Assembly: GCA_964475445.1 (NCBI GenBank)
Contig: CAYYWU010000003.1
Span: forward strand, 7,269-71,268
Source of the DNA: an uncultured Candidatus Saccharibacteria bacterium
Lineage (GTDB): Bacteria > Patescibacteriota > Saccharimonadia > Saccharimonadales > Saccharimonadaceae
Direction: 5' to 3'
Length of the DNA: 64,000 nt
Part shown: positions 55,421 through 64,000 of the stretch, one piece after another
Layout of the letters: each line of letters starts with the position of its first letter
How positions within the stretch are numbered: the stretch's first letter is position 1
Notes under the pieces: generated by a model
Databases searched by the model: none
Seen by the model: only the letters and a program-made list of their open reading frames with translations
What the model was told of the DNA's origin: nothing
Program-made: the position numbers and the translations under genes

Positions 55421-57187
55421 ATGCTTAAATTGTTTCGCTATCTCAAACCCTATATTTTACAAGTTCTCGGGTTGCTTGCTGCCCTAACTGTCCAAGTGTG
55501 GGCATCTCTGCAATTGCCGGCATTAATGGCCGATATTGTTAATGACGGGATTATGAAAAACGACCTCAATTTCGTCTGGTTGACCGGCGTCTGGATGATT
55601 GGCTATGCTTTGTTAACTTCGGTCTGTGCCTTTTTAGCGAACTTCCTGTCGTCTTGGCTGGGAGCGAAAATTACGCGTGACATCCGCAATGACTTTTTTG
55701 CACACGTCCTCAGCTTCAGTGTTACCGAAATCGATAGTTTCTCGACCGCATCGTTGATTACACGTACTATGAATGACGTTTTTCAAGCGCAACAAGCGAT
55801 TACGATGATTTTGATGGTGGGTGTGCGTGCACCTCTTACCTGTATTCTGGCAATTGGTCAAGCAATCGCCACGGCTCCAGACATGACCTGGATTATCGCC
55901 CTCGCCGTAGGTATAATCATTCTGCTGACAATTCTGATTATGTCGATTGTGATGCCGAAGTTCAAAATTATCCAAAAACTGGCCGACCGCATCACTTTGC
56001 TCACCCGTGAGAACTTGACCGGTCTCAGGGTGATTCGCGCCTTTAATAACGAAAAACTCGAGAAGCGTAAATTCGATAAGACCAATGATGAAAACGCTAA
56101 GCTTAATACCTTTGTCGACGTCATCATGTCGCTCGAGAACCCGCTGATCAGCCTAGTTTTTAATGGCACAACTTTGCTTTGTGTTTGGATTGGTATTTCA
56201 CTGATTTCAACCAACTTCGCTTATCTTGGCAATATGATGGCGTTCATGCAGTACGCGATTCAAGTCGTGATGGCCTTCCTCTTCCTGACGATGTTGTTTG
56301 TAATTTTGCCACGCGCCAGTGTCTCGGCGAAACGTGTCAACGAAGTGCTCGAGACTAAGCCAAAGATCAAATGGCAACCCGAAACTATTGGCAAGCCTGA
56401 CTTGACTCCGTCGGTTGAGTTTTCGCATGTTGACTTTTCTTATAGTGGAGCAGAGGAGAAAGTTTTACATGACGTTTCCTTTACGGCTCAGGCCGGCCAG
56501 ACAACGGCATTCATCGGCTCGACCGGCTCCGGGAAATCGACTTTGATCAACCTCGTGCCTAGATTTTATGAAGCTACTGGTGGTGAGATTAAAATTAATG
56601 GGATTAAACTCGCTGATTATGCCGAACATGACCTGATGCGACGCATCGGCTATGTACCACAGCGCGGTGTGCTGTTTGCTGGCACCGTGAGGAGCAATAT
56701 CCTCTTTGGTGCTCCAGAAGCGGACGAGAAGCGCTTAGAACTGGCCGCCCGCGTTTCGCAGTCCAGCGAATTTATCGAGAAACTCGATAAAAAATATGAC
56801 AGTCATATCGCTCAGGGCGGGACTAATGTTTCCGGCGGTCAACGCCAACGTCTCTCGATTGCTCGCGCTATAGCGAAAGATCCGGATATCTACATTTTTG
56901 ACGACTCTTTCTCGGCACTTGACATGAAAACCGACGCGAAGCTGCGCCAAGCTCTGAAACCGATTACCCAAAGTGCCGTCACGCTGATTGTTGCTCAGCG
57001 TATTAGCACAATTAAAGATGCCGAGCAAATCGTAGTGCTCGATAAAGGCAGGGTGGTCGGCAAGGGGAATCACTACGAACTTTTAGCAGACTGTCCAATT
57101 TACCGCGAAATTGCTAAATCGCAACTTTCGGAACAAGAGTTTTCTACCGAAATGCAGAACGCTGAAAAGGAGGTACGTCATGCCTAA
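55421..57187 (+). CDS. Heterodimeric ABC exporter subunit 1 (TMD+NBD)
   Basis: GSTGSGKST, VSGGQRQR and degenerate Walker B FDDSFSALD. Confidence 0.95.
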   Translation: MLKLFRYLKPYILQVLGLLAALTVQVWASLQLPALMADIVNDGIMKNDLNFVWLTGVWMIGYALLTSVCAFLANFLSSWLGAKITRDIRNDFFAHVLSFSVTEIDSFSTASLITRTMNDVFQAQQAITMILMVGVRAPLTCILAIGQAIATAPDMTWIIALAVGIIILLTILIMSIVMPKFKIIQKLADRITLLTRENLTGLRVIRAFNNEKLEKRKFDKTNDENAKLNTFVDVIMSLENPLISLVFNGTTLLCVWIGISLISTNFAYLGNMMAFMQYAIQVVMAFLFLTMLFVILPRASVSAKRVNEVLETKPKIKWQPETIGKPDLTPSVEFSHVDFSYSGAEEKVLHDVSFTAQAGQTTAFIGSTGSGKSTLINLVPRFYEATGGEIKINGIKLADYAEHDLMRRIGYVPQRGVLFAGTVRSNILFGAPEADEKRLELAARVSQSSEFIEKLDKKYDSHIAQGGTNVSGGQRQRLSIARAIAKDPDIYIFDDSFSALDMKTDAKLRQALKPITQSAVTLIVAQRISTIKDAEQIVVLDKGRVVGKGNHYELLADCPIYREIAKSQLSEQEFSTEMQNAEKEVRHA

Positions 57188-59015
57188 GATGAATCATGCT
57201 ACTGTGAAACCAAAAAACATGCGCATTGCCGCCAAGAACTTCATTTATTCTTTGCGCCCGTGGGCGGTGTCAATCTTAGTCGCAACTTTACTAGCGATCG
57301 CGTCCACTGTTTGTTCAATCTTCGGGCCCAATATTCTTGGACAAATGACTAACGGCGCCGTGGAAGATTATCAGGCCGCCGTTATCCAAGCCGGTGGCGC
57401 AATTCCGTCTGCCGAACAGCTAAACTCAGCCTTGAACTGGGGAAGACTAGGCGGATTAGCTTTACTGTTGATTGGGCTTTATCTTGCGTCGGCAATCTTG
57501 AACTATATCCAGGGCGCCATTCTCTCGGTTGTAGCTGCGCGTTACGCTAAGAAAACGCGGGCAGCCATTATTGATAAAGTTTCACGTTTGCCGATTTCTT
57601 ATTTTGACCGTCACCAAATCGGCGATACTTTGTCGCGTATGAGCAGCGATGTGGATGCAATTTCTACCACACTCGCAAATGTGCTTACCCAAATCATCAC
57701 CAGCCTCACGATGCTGATCGGCATCCTCATTATGATGATTACGATTTCGCCGTGGTTGTCGTTGATTGCACTGGTTGCCGTGCCGTTGTCGTTAATCTTC
57801 GTTGGCTTGATTGCGAAGAAAGCCCAAGGCTTTTTCCGTAATAGTCGTACTGCCATGGCTAGCCTCAACAGCACGATTGAAGAGGATTATGCTGGGCAGT
57901 CAATCATCAAAGCCAACAGTCATGAAGCGACCGCGATTGATAAGTTCGGACACACGAACAATCGTTTATGCGAGCTGACCTGGAAGGCAAACTTTTTCTC
58001 GCAACTCGCCTTTCCAATTACGAACATGTTTACTAACTTAAGCTATGTCGCAATCTGCGTGGCTGGTGGGCGCTTAGCGATCGACGGAAAGCTACTTATT
58101 GGTGACGTTCAAGCTTTCTTGCAGTATGTTAATCAATTTAATCGTCCAATTACCGAAGTTGCGCAAATCAATGCTAATATTCAGCAAACTCTAGCGGCCG
58201 CGGAACGCATCTTCGACTTTCTAGAAGAGCCAGAAGAGACGCCAGATATCGAACCAGCTTTGGAGATCCAGCAAGTTCAAGGTGCAGTCGGCTTCCATGA
58301 CGTCAACTTTTCTTACGATCATGAACGTCCGATTATTCGCGATTTCTCTGTCGAAATTAAGCCGGGGATGCAAGTCGCAATTGTTGGGCCAACCGGCGCC
58401 GGCAAAACTACCATCATCAATCTCCTGATGCGTTTTTATGATCCGGATTCGGGTTATATTACGATTGACGGCGTGCCAACCAAAGAAATGAAACGTGCTG
58501 ATGTACGTAAACTGTTTGGTATGGTTCTTCAAGATACTTGGTTGTTCTCGGGTACGATTGAAGAAAACTTACGCTATGGTAAGACTTCTGCTACGCATAA
58601 TGACATTGTGAAGGCTACCAAAGCTAGTAGTATTCACCACTTCATTGAATCTTTGCCGCACGGATATAATACTGTGATTTCAGAAGACTCGGATAATATT
58701 TCTGCCGGAGAGAAACAACTGCTCACGATTGCTCGCGCCATGATTGCTGATCCGCCAATGATGATTCTTGATGAGGCCACCTCGAATGTTGACACACGCA
58801 CTGAACAGTTGATTCAAGAAGCTTTTACAAAACTCACTCACGGTCGCACTAGCTTCGTGATTGCTCACCGCTTGTCGACGATTCGCAATTCCGACTTGAT
58901 TCTAGTGATGCGCGATGGCAACATCGTTGAACAGGGCACGCATGATGAACTGTTGGCGCAAGGTGGTTTTTATGCTGAACTCTATAATTCACAATTCGCA
59001 GAGGTCGAGGACTAG
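57180..59015 (+). CDS. Heterodimeric ABC exporter subunit 2 (TMD+NBD)
   Basis: GPTGAGKT, ISAGEKQL and LDEATS motifs; start MPKMNH. Confidence 0.95.
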   Translation: MPKMNHATVKPKNMRIAAKNFIYSLRPWAVSILVATLLAIASTVCSIFGPNILGQMTNGAVEDYQAAVIQAGGAIPSAEQLNSALNWGRLGGLALLLIGLYLASAILNYIQGAILSVVAARYAKKTRAAIIDKVSRLPISYFDRHQIGDTLSRMSSDVDAISTTLANVLTQIITSLTMLIGILIMMITISPWLSLIALVAVPLSLIFVGLIAKKAQGFFRNSRTAMASLNSTIEEDYAGQSIIKANSHEATAIDKFGHTNNRLCELTWKANFFSQLAFPITNMFTNLSYVAICVAGGRLAIDGKLLIGDVQAFLQYVNQFNRPITEVAQINANIQQTLAAAERIFDFLEEPEETPDIEPALEIQQVQGAVGFHDVNFSYDHERPIIRDFSVEIKPGMQVAIVGPTGAGKTTIINLLMRFYDPDSGYITIDGVPTKEMKRADVRKLFGMVLQDTWLFSGTIEENLRYGKTSATHNDIVKATKASSIHHFIESLPHGYNTVISEDSDNISAGEKQLLTIARAMIADPPMMILDEATSNVDTRTEQLIQEAFTKLTHGRTSFVIAHRLSTIRNSDLILVMRDGNIVEQGTHDELLAQGGFYAELYNSQFAEVED

Positions 59016-59074
59016 TTTACCCCTTGTCAAATCTGGCACTTTCGTATATTATGGGGCAAAGGTAATATATAGAT

Positions 59075-62000
59075 ATGTGTAGTAGAAAGCGACGACACTT
59101 AAGCTTGCGGACGGTCCTAGGAGCCGTTGCTATTATCGCTACATTAGGAATTGTAGCAGTTGATCCGTGGAACTTCATTAACCATAATGGGGTTTATCGC
59201 ACGCACGCGTTGACAATTAACCCTGATACTAAGATGATCTATCTTTCAGATCTTGAGTATGATACTGGCAAAACTAGTGTTGGTTATGCGCAGGTGACTT
59301 ATGACCAAAATCTCGAGACGCGCTATAATAATGGCTTGATTGCGCTTAACGTTGACGGCGCTAAGAAAATGTTCATCAAGGGCGTGGTGGCACATGCCAA
59401 CTCGACCGTCGTGTATAATCTCACAGATCTGCAAGATTTTGATTTTTTCACGGCCTATATTGGCAATGACGCCTCGCGTGGAGCTAATGGTGACGGTGTT
59501 AAGTTTATGTTCTCAACTTCCGCCGATGGTGAAAATTGGGAAGATAAAACTCCTGACAATGTTCGGGACGTTGTTTTCAAAGGTGAAAGCGATGCTATAA
59601 AAGTCAGGATCGACTTATCGGGTAGTAAGTATTTGCGTTTGCAAGCTAATGGCATTCGCAACATTACGGCCGATCATTCAACGTATGCCGATGCGAAGTT
59701 AATTAAAGCTGACTACGTTGAGAGCGATAATACGGTCGACTTCATCAAACCAGTCAGCGAATATGATGTGATTTTGCAAAACACTGCACTTGAGAGCCAA
59801 CTCGTCGATAATGAACTGGTGCTCTTGCAGCGTCAGTTCGTAAATGCTTTTGGATACGATATTTTGCAGACCTATGCAGCTTATAGTGAAGACTATCGTG
59901 AGACTTTGAATTGGATTTTGCATGATTTGACGGCGCTACGCTATTATATTACCGGTGGAGCACCGACGGGTAGCTATGTTAATTCTCTGAAAGTTTTGGT
60001 GAGACTTTATACACAATACAAGGATGATCTCAATGACAATAGTGTGACTGCGCTTGGTACGACGCGGAGCGATCTATATCTGCGCATGATGATTTCATTA
60101 TCTTTGACGCATTCAGCCACCGTTGGCAGCTGGGTGGGTGGCGGCCAATATTCCGACGCCGTCAAGCGTTATGAAGTTTACAAAAACCTCCAAGCTCAAG
60201 ATTTGCTCGAAAATCGCATTTTTGAAACCCTAGGTATTGAAGAAATGCGTTGGGTAATGAATAATCAGCTCACTGACGATGAGCTCAGCTGGCTAAATAT
60301 GTATGCTCGCCGTTTCCCAGGTGGTAGTGGGCGTCCAAACGAGCCTTATGAGCGCCAGCCGTATCGCTTCATTCGGTATACTTTTGGGTATAATTATGCG
60401 CGCGACATTTATTACGACCCGTTACGCCAGACAGAGTGGAACGACAAATATGACTTTATGTCTTATGGTGTTCCGTACGGCGAAACTGGCAAGCCAAAAC
60501 TTTGGATGGTCTTTGAGGAAGGTGCAGTTTGCGGCGGTACTTCAAAGACCGGATCAAATCTCAACGCTGCTTTAGGCTACCCGACTGCCGTCATTGGCCA
60601 GCCCGGCCACGCGGCTTATCTTGAATATTGGCAGACCGATAACGGACAGGGCTACTGGGGCATCCAGAATAATATCTCTGGCTGGACCCATTCCGAAAAG
60701 AGCGAACGCATGCTTGCTGGCTGGGGATCGAGTAACTGGGATAGCTATTATCAGGTCAGTTATGTGCCGTATGCTCAGAACGCCCTTAATGATCTTGAGA
60801 ATTATAATCGGGCTTTGGAGACGATTTTACTAGCTAACACTTATCCAAATGATTACTTAAAGCAAGAGCAGATTTATCGCCAAGCTTTGAGCTATCAAGA
60901 TTACCATTTGGACGCATGGTACGGGCTGATTCGCACTTACCAAGCCAGTGGAACTAAGACCGAAGAAGATTTTCTTGCTTTGGCACGCGAACTAGTGGCG
61001 AAGATGTATTACTATCCTTTGCCAATGTATGATTTGCTGAACCTTATGAAGGCCAATATCACCAGTGCCAATGGCGGAGCGCGGCTGATGTCAATTTTGC
61101 ACAACGCCCTGGAAGATGGCACTAAGGTTGGCGACGATAGCGGTCTGCTACAGCCAGCAATCACGCGTACCATGGCTAATTATCTGCTCGGCAATACCGA
61201 CAACTCGGTTGCAAGCTTTTCATTTGATGGTGAGCACGCCGGGCAAATTGTCTTAGCGGAACGTTTCCAAGATAATAATGAGGAGATTTATTACGAATAT
61301 AGCCTCGACGGTCAGGCAACCTGGACTCAGACGCGTAACCCGATCCAGCAGCTAAATAGTGACGAGATTACGGCTATTAATGCTGATAATGATATTATCA
61401 TTCATTTTGTCGGTGCAGCCCAAGATAATATCTTTGTGATTGATATTACGCCCCAGGATGCCCCGAGCGGAATCTATAATAATGATTTGGAAAATAAGGT
61501 CATCGGCGCTAGCGAAATCATGGAGTGGCGTTTGAACGAGAATGATGCCTGGACAAGTTTTCGGACAGCTGCGCCAGATTTGAGTGGCGATAAAACTGTC
61601 TGGGTACGTTATGGTGCTAATAGTACGCGGTTGACGAGTGAGGCAGTTAGCTTGAGCTATACTGCCGATGAGATTAATCCGAAGCGTCAGTATGTGACAA
61701 TTGATCGTCTAGCAATTGCTGGAGTTTCAAGCGAAGCTACTGCACAGAAACGTTATGCTACCAACGCCATTGACGGCAACATTAACACTAATTGGCACTC
61801 AGCCTGGAATGGTAGTGACCGGGAGCGTTATATCACGGTTGAGTTTAATAGCCCAATTTTGCTCTCGGCCTTCGATTACATTCCAGGCGACGGTGGTAAT
61901 GGTCGCGTGCTGGACGGCGAACTGTATGGCAGTATGGATGGCGAGAGCTGGCAGCCACTAGCAAGCTTTGACGGTTGGGCAAATAATAGCAGCACGAAGA

Positions 62001-63271
62001 CTTTGGAGATTGAGAATCCAGAATTGGTAAAATACGTTAAACTCGTTGGTAAACGCACGTCCAGTGCTGGTGGTGGTTCGTTTATGACTGCCCGGATGCT
62101 TAACTTCTATGAAGATGTCACTATGGCACCGACTGCTACCGTGCGTTACAGTACGACTGACCCGACCAACCAAAATGTTACCGCCACCTTGGATAATTTG
62201 ACTGGTGGCGCGAGCATTATAAATAATGATGGCAATGGAGCTTACGTATTTGAAGACAATGGTAGTTTTACTTTTGAAATTGAAGGCACAAACGGACTGC
62301 ATAATTTCATCGTAGCGACAGTTGATTGGATCGACCGGGTTGCACCACAAGCCAGTGTAGTGTATCAAGAACTTAGCGATGGCTCAGTCATGGCCACCCT
62401 TAGCCATGAAAACGAAGAGATCGTAATGCTTGGTGATGGTAATCGCTCGCATCACTTCTTGCAGAACGGGGAACATACTTTTGAATATCGCGATCTCGCT
62501 GGCAATCTTGGCCGCAGTGTTGCTAAAGTGGATTGGATTAAAGAGCGTCAGCCAGATCAACCAGAACAGCCTGGCCAGCCGGAGCGTCCAAGTCAACCGG
62601 AACAACCGAACTGGCCTAGCCAGCCAAGCGGGCGTCCGGGAGGATCAAATGGATCTAGCAGTGTGAGCGGTTCTAACGGGTCTAGCGGAACGAGTAATGC
62701 GGGTAGCACAAGCAATCCTAATGCATCTAGTCAGCTGGGAACTACTAATAATGGCCAGACCGTTGCGGGCGGTATTCAAGCAGTCGTGAAAAATCCCGAC
62801 ACCGTGAGTGCGAATTTGACTCTGAGTACAAAACCCTTGCAACTCACTGGCAGTCTGAAACAGCGTTTTGGTGGTAACAGTGAATACTTCTCGGTTTACT
62901 TCGTGAACGCCAATGGCGAACGCATGCCGAACGATGCCGAAGTAATTATTACGCTACCTCGTCAGACTGATAAGACGCTAAAGGGGGTTTATCGCATTTA
63001 TGCCGATGGCTCTGCTAATCAGCTAGATTACACTTTGCTTGAAGATGGACAGATTCGCATTCTCGCTCCTAATACCGGCGAATATCTAGTGGCTTATGAA
63101 GACGAAGCCCAAAATATTGCTAAGGCAACTGATGTACAAGGTGCTCAAGCGGAGAGCTCTGAATCCGAAACTGGCAGCTCAAATAGTTGGATGTGGTGGC
63201 TCGTAGGCGCCGCCGGCGTGATTTTCTTCCTCGCGATTATTGGTGGCGCAGTTTCGAATCGTCGCCGTTAG
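59075..63271 (+). CDS. Large surface protein: NPCBM-like domain, putative Cys-His catalytic region, discoidin/F5-8C domain, Ig-like repeats, PEQP/Ser-Gly linker, C-terminal TM anchor
   Basis: AYIGND...DGVKF; GAVCGG and QPGHA; AIDGNINTNWHS; QP repeats; WWLVG..TM..RRR tail. Confidence 0.75.
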   Translation: MCSRKRRHLSLRTVLGAVAIIATLGIVAVDPWNFINHNGVYRTHALTINPDTKMIYLSDLEYDTGKTSVGYAQVTYDQNLETRYNNGLIALNVDGAKKMFIKGVVAHANSTVVYNLTDLQDFDFFTAYIGNDASRGANGDGVKFMFSTSADGENWEDKTPDNVRDVVFKGESDAIKVRIDLSGSKYLRLQANGIRNITADHSTYADAKLIKADYVESDNTVDFIKPVSEYDVILQNTALESQLVDNELVLLQRQFVNAFGYDILQTYAAYSEDYRETLNWILHDLTALRYYITGGAPTGSYVNSLKVLVRLYTQYKDDLNDNSVTALGTTRSDLYLRMMISLSLTHSATVGSWVGGGQYSDAVKRYEVYKNLQAQDLLENRIFETLGIEEMRWVMNNQLTDDELSWLNMYARRFPGGSGRPNEPYERQPYRFIRYTFGYNYARDIYYDPLRQTEWNDKYDFMSYGVPYGETGKPKLWMVFEEGAVCGGTSKTGSNLNAALGYPTAVIGQPGHAAYLEYWQTDNGQGYWGIQNNISGWTHSEKSERMLAGWGSSNWDSYYQVSYVPYAQNALNDLENYNRALETILLANTYPNDYLKQEQIYRQALSYQDYHLDAWYGLIRTYQASGTKTEEDFLALARELVAKMYYYPLPMYDLLNLMKANITSANGGARLMSILHNALEDGTKVGDDSGLLQPAITRTMANYLLGNTDNSVASFSFDGEHAGQIVLAERFQDNNEEIYYEYSLDGQATWTQTRNPIQQLNSDEITAINADNDIIIHFVGAAQDNIFVIDITPQDAPSGIYNNDLENKVIGASEIMEWRLNENDAWTSFRTAAPDLSGDKTVWVRYGANSTRLTSEAVSLSYTADEINPKRQYVTIDRLAIAGVSSEATAQKRYATNAIDGNINTNWHSAWNGSDRERYITVEFNSPILLSAFDYIPGDGGNGRVLDGELYGSMDGESWQPLASFDGWANNSSTKTLEIENPELVKYVKLVGKRTSSAGGGSFMTARMLNFYEDVTMAPTATVRYSTTDPTNQNVTATLDNLTGGASIINNDGNGAYVFEDNGSFTFEIEGTNGLHNFIVATVDWIDRVAPQASVVYQELSDGSVMATLSHENEEIVMLGDGNRSHHFLQNGEHTFEYRDLAGNLGRSVAKVDWIKERQPDQPEQPGQPERPSQPEQPNWPSQPSGRPGGSNGSSSVSGSNGSSGTSNAGSTSNPNASSQLGTTNNGQTVAGGIQAVVKNPDTVSANLTLSTKPLQLTGSLKQRFGGNSEYFSVYFVNANGERMPNDAEVIITLPRQTDKTLKGVYRIYADGSANQLDYTLLEDGQIRILAPNTGEYLVAYEDEAQNIAKATDVQGAQAESSESETGSSNSWMWWLVGAAGVIFFLAIIGGAVSNRRR
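62549..62760 (+). repeat. Coding Gln-Pro repeats and Ser/Gly/Asn-rich linker
   Basis: QPDQPEQPGQPERPSQPEQPNWPSQP followed by GGSNGSSSVSGSNGSSG. Confidence 0.85.
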
Positions 63272-63319
63272 ATTAGTCGGTTACTTGTTTCAAACGCAAA
63301 ACTTATATATAATATACAT

Positions 63320-63772
63320 ATGCGCGAGAGAGGTTTTGAGATTGCTAAAGGCTGGGAAAATAGGGGTATCAATTTGCCCAAGCGGAGCACGGCACATGCT
63401 GCGGCTTATGATATTGAGGCCGCCGAAGATGTTGTCGTTTCACCTTTTCGGCCGGGGATGAAGCCGACATTGATTCCGACGGGTCTGAAAGCTTATTGTC
63501 AGCCAGACGAATGCTATTTTGTGATGAATCGCAGTTCGGGCGCTGGCAAAGGTATTGTCTTGGCAAACGGGCTTGGTCTGATTGACGCTGACTATTATCA
63601 AAACCAGACCAACGACGGACATTTTCAGGTGCTAGTTTTTAACGTGCTCGACCACGATTTAATCATTAAAAAAGGTGATCGAGTTGCGCAGGTAATTTTC
63701 CAAAAGTTTTTGACAATTGATAATGACATGGCGGGCGGCGAGCGACAAGGGGGATTCGGTTCGACCGATTAA
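63320..63772 (+). CDS. dut: Trimeric dUTPase
   Basis: AAYDI, NRSSG, GLIDADYY, GDRVAQ and RQGGFGST motifs. Confidence 0.95.
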   Translation: MRERGFEIAKGWENRGINLPKRSTAHAAAYDIEAAEDVVVSPFRPGMKPTLIPTGLKAYCQPDECYFVMNRSSGAGKGIVLANGLGLIDADYYQNQTNDGHFQVLVFNVLDHDLIIKKGDRVAQVIFQKFLTIDNDMAGGERQGGFGSTD

Positions 63773-63796
63773 TAATTATAAGGAGGAAAACCTACT

Positions 63797-64000
63797 ATGG
63801 CAAAAAGCGAAGTTTATTTTACGAAAGAGATTACACCTGTGGCGCTGGTGAAGATTTTTGAAAAGCTGAATCTCCCGACAAAAGGCAAAGTTGCAGTGAA
63901 GATTTCTACCGGCGAAGCTGGCAATCCCAATTATCTTAAACCAGAACTTATCAAAGATTTGGTGAAAAAGGTCGACGGTACGATTGTGGAATGCAACACA
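63797..64000 (+). CDS. DUF362-family protein, 3'-truncated by the window edge
   Basis: AGGAGG SD; KVAVKISTGE, YLKPE and TIVECNT motifs. Confidence 0.75.
   Translation, partial: MAKSEVYFTKEITPVALVKIFEKLNLPTKGKVAVKISTGEAGNPNYLKPELIKDLVKKVDGTIVECNT

Noticed and set aside
720-63622. Many 60-230 aa ORFs overlapping or antisense to well-supported genes (e.g. 12372-13067, 17183-17794, 21755-22441, 40072-40653)
   Set aside because: Shadow frames of real CDSs with no motifs or SDs; not counted as genes.

Overview
64 kb of bacterial chromosome. Gene content suggests Patescibacteria, probably a gut Saccharibacteria/TM7 lineage (inference from the CPR-type FtsA-like and baseplate-J-like genes, tandem FemAB genes and compact operons). 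Most of it is housekeeping and envelope genes: femAB x2, galU-like, dnaE, eno, an RluB/RsuA-type pseudouridine synthase, ruvX-mltG fusion, obgE, recG, rsmD, P-type ATPase, nrdD-nrdG-folA-iscS-iscU, ABC transporters, two two-component systems, tgt + yhhQ, dut, a 1398-aa surface protein, tRNA-Leu(TAG) and tRNA-Gln(TTG). The standout is six dispersed gene fragments of about 210-250 bp (A 30301-30544, B 34338-34549, C 34686-34930, D 35132-35355, E 50937-51170, F 51157-51409). None has an N-terminal part. All encode variants of one C-terminal module, (GYNIAKAPLY)FVRSG...G..W...A..L.F...V.P...RW.G.PLRCL(AD), which resembles a FISUMP/C-type-lectin-fold tip. They share near-identical DNA arms. Four vary in the AAY->NNY pattern typical of diversity-generating retroelements (DGRs). 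Two are followed, 7 nt after the 3' arm, by a 121-bp long-stem element whose loops are homologous and covary. No reverse transcriptase, recombinase or full-length recipient gene is in the window. The best reading is an inference: a silent cassette library for varying an adhesin tip, possibly a DGR coupled to gene conversion. Also noted: two candidate structured RNAs, a near-identical promoter embedded in two unrelated CDSs, NrdR boxes and an unannotated 36-aa ORF. All alignments and counts were done by hand.
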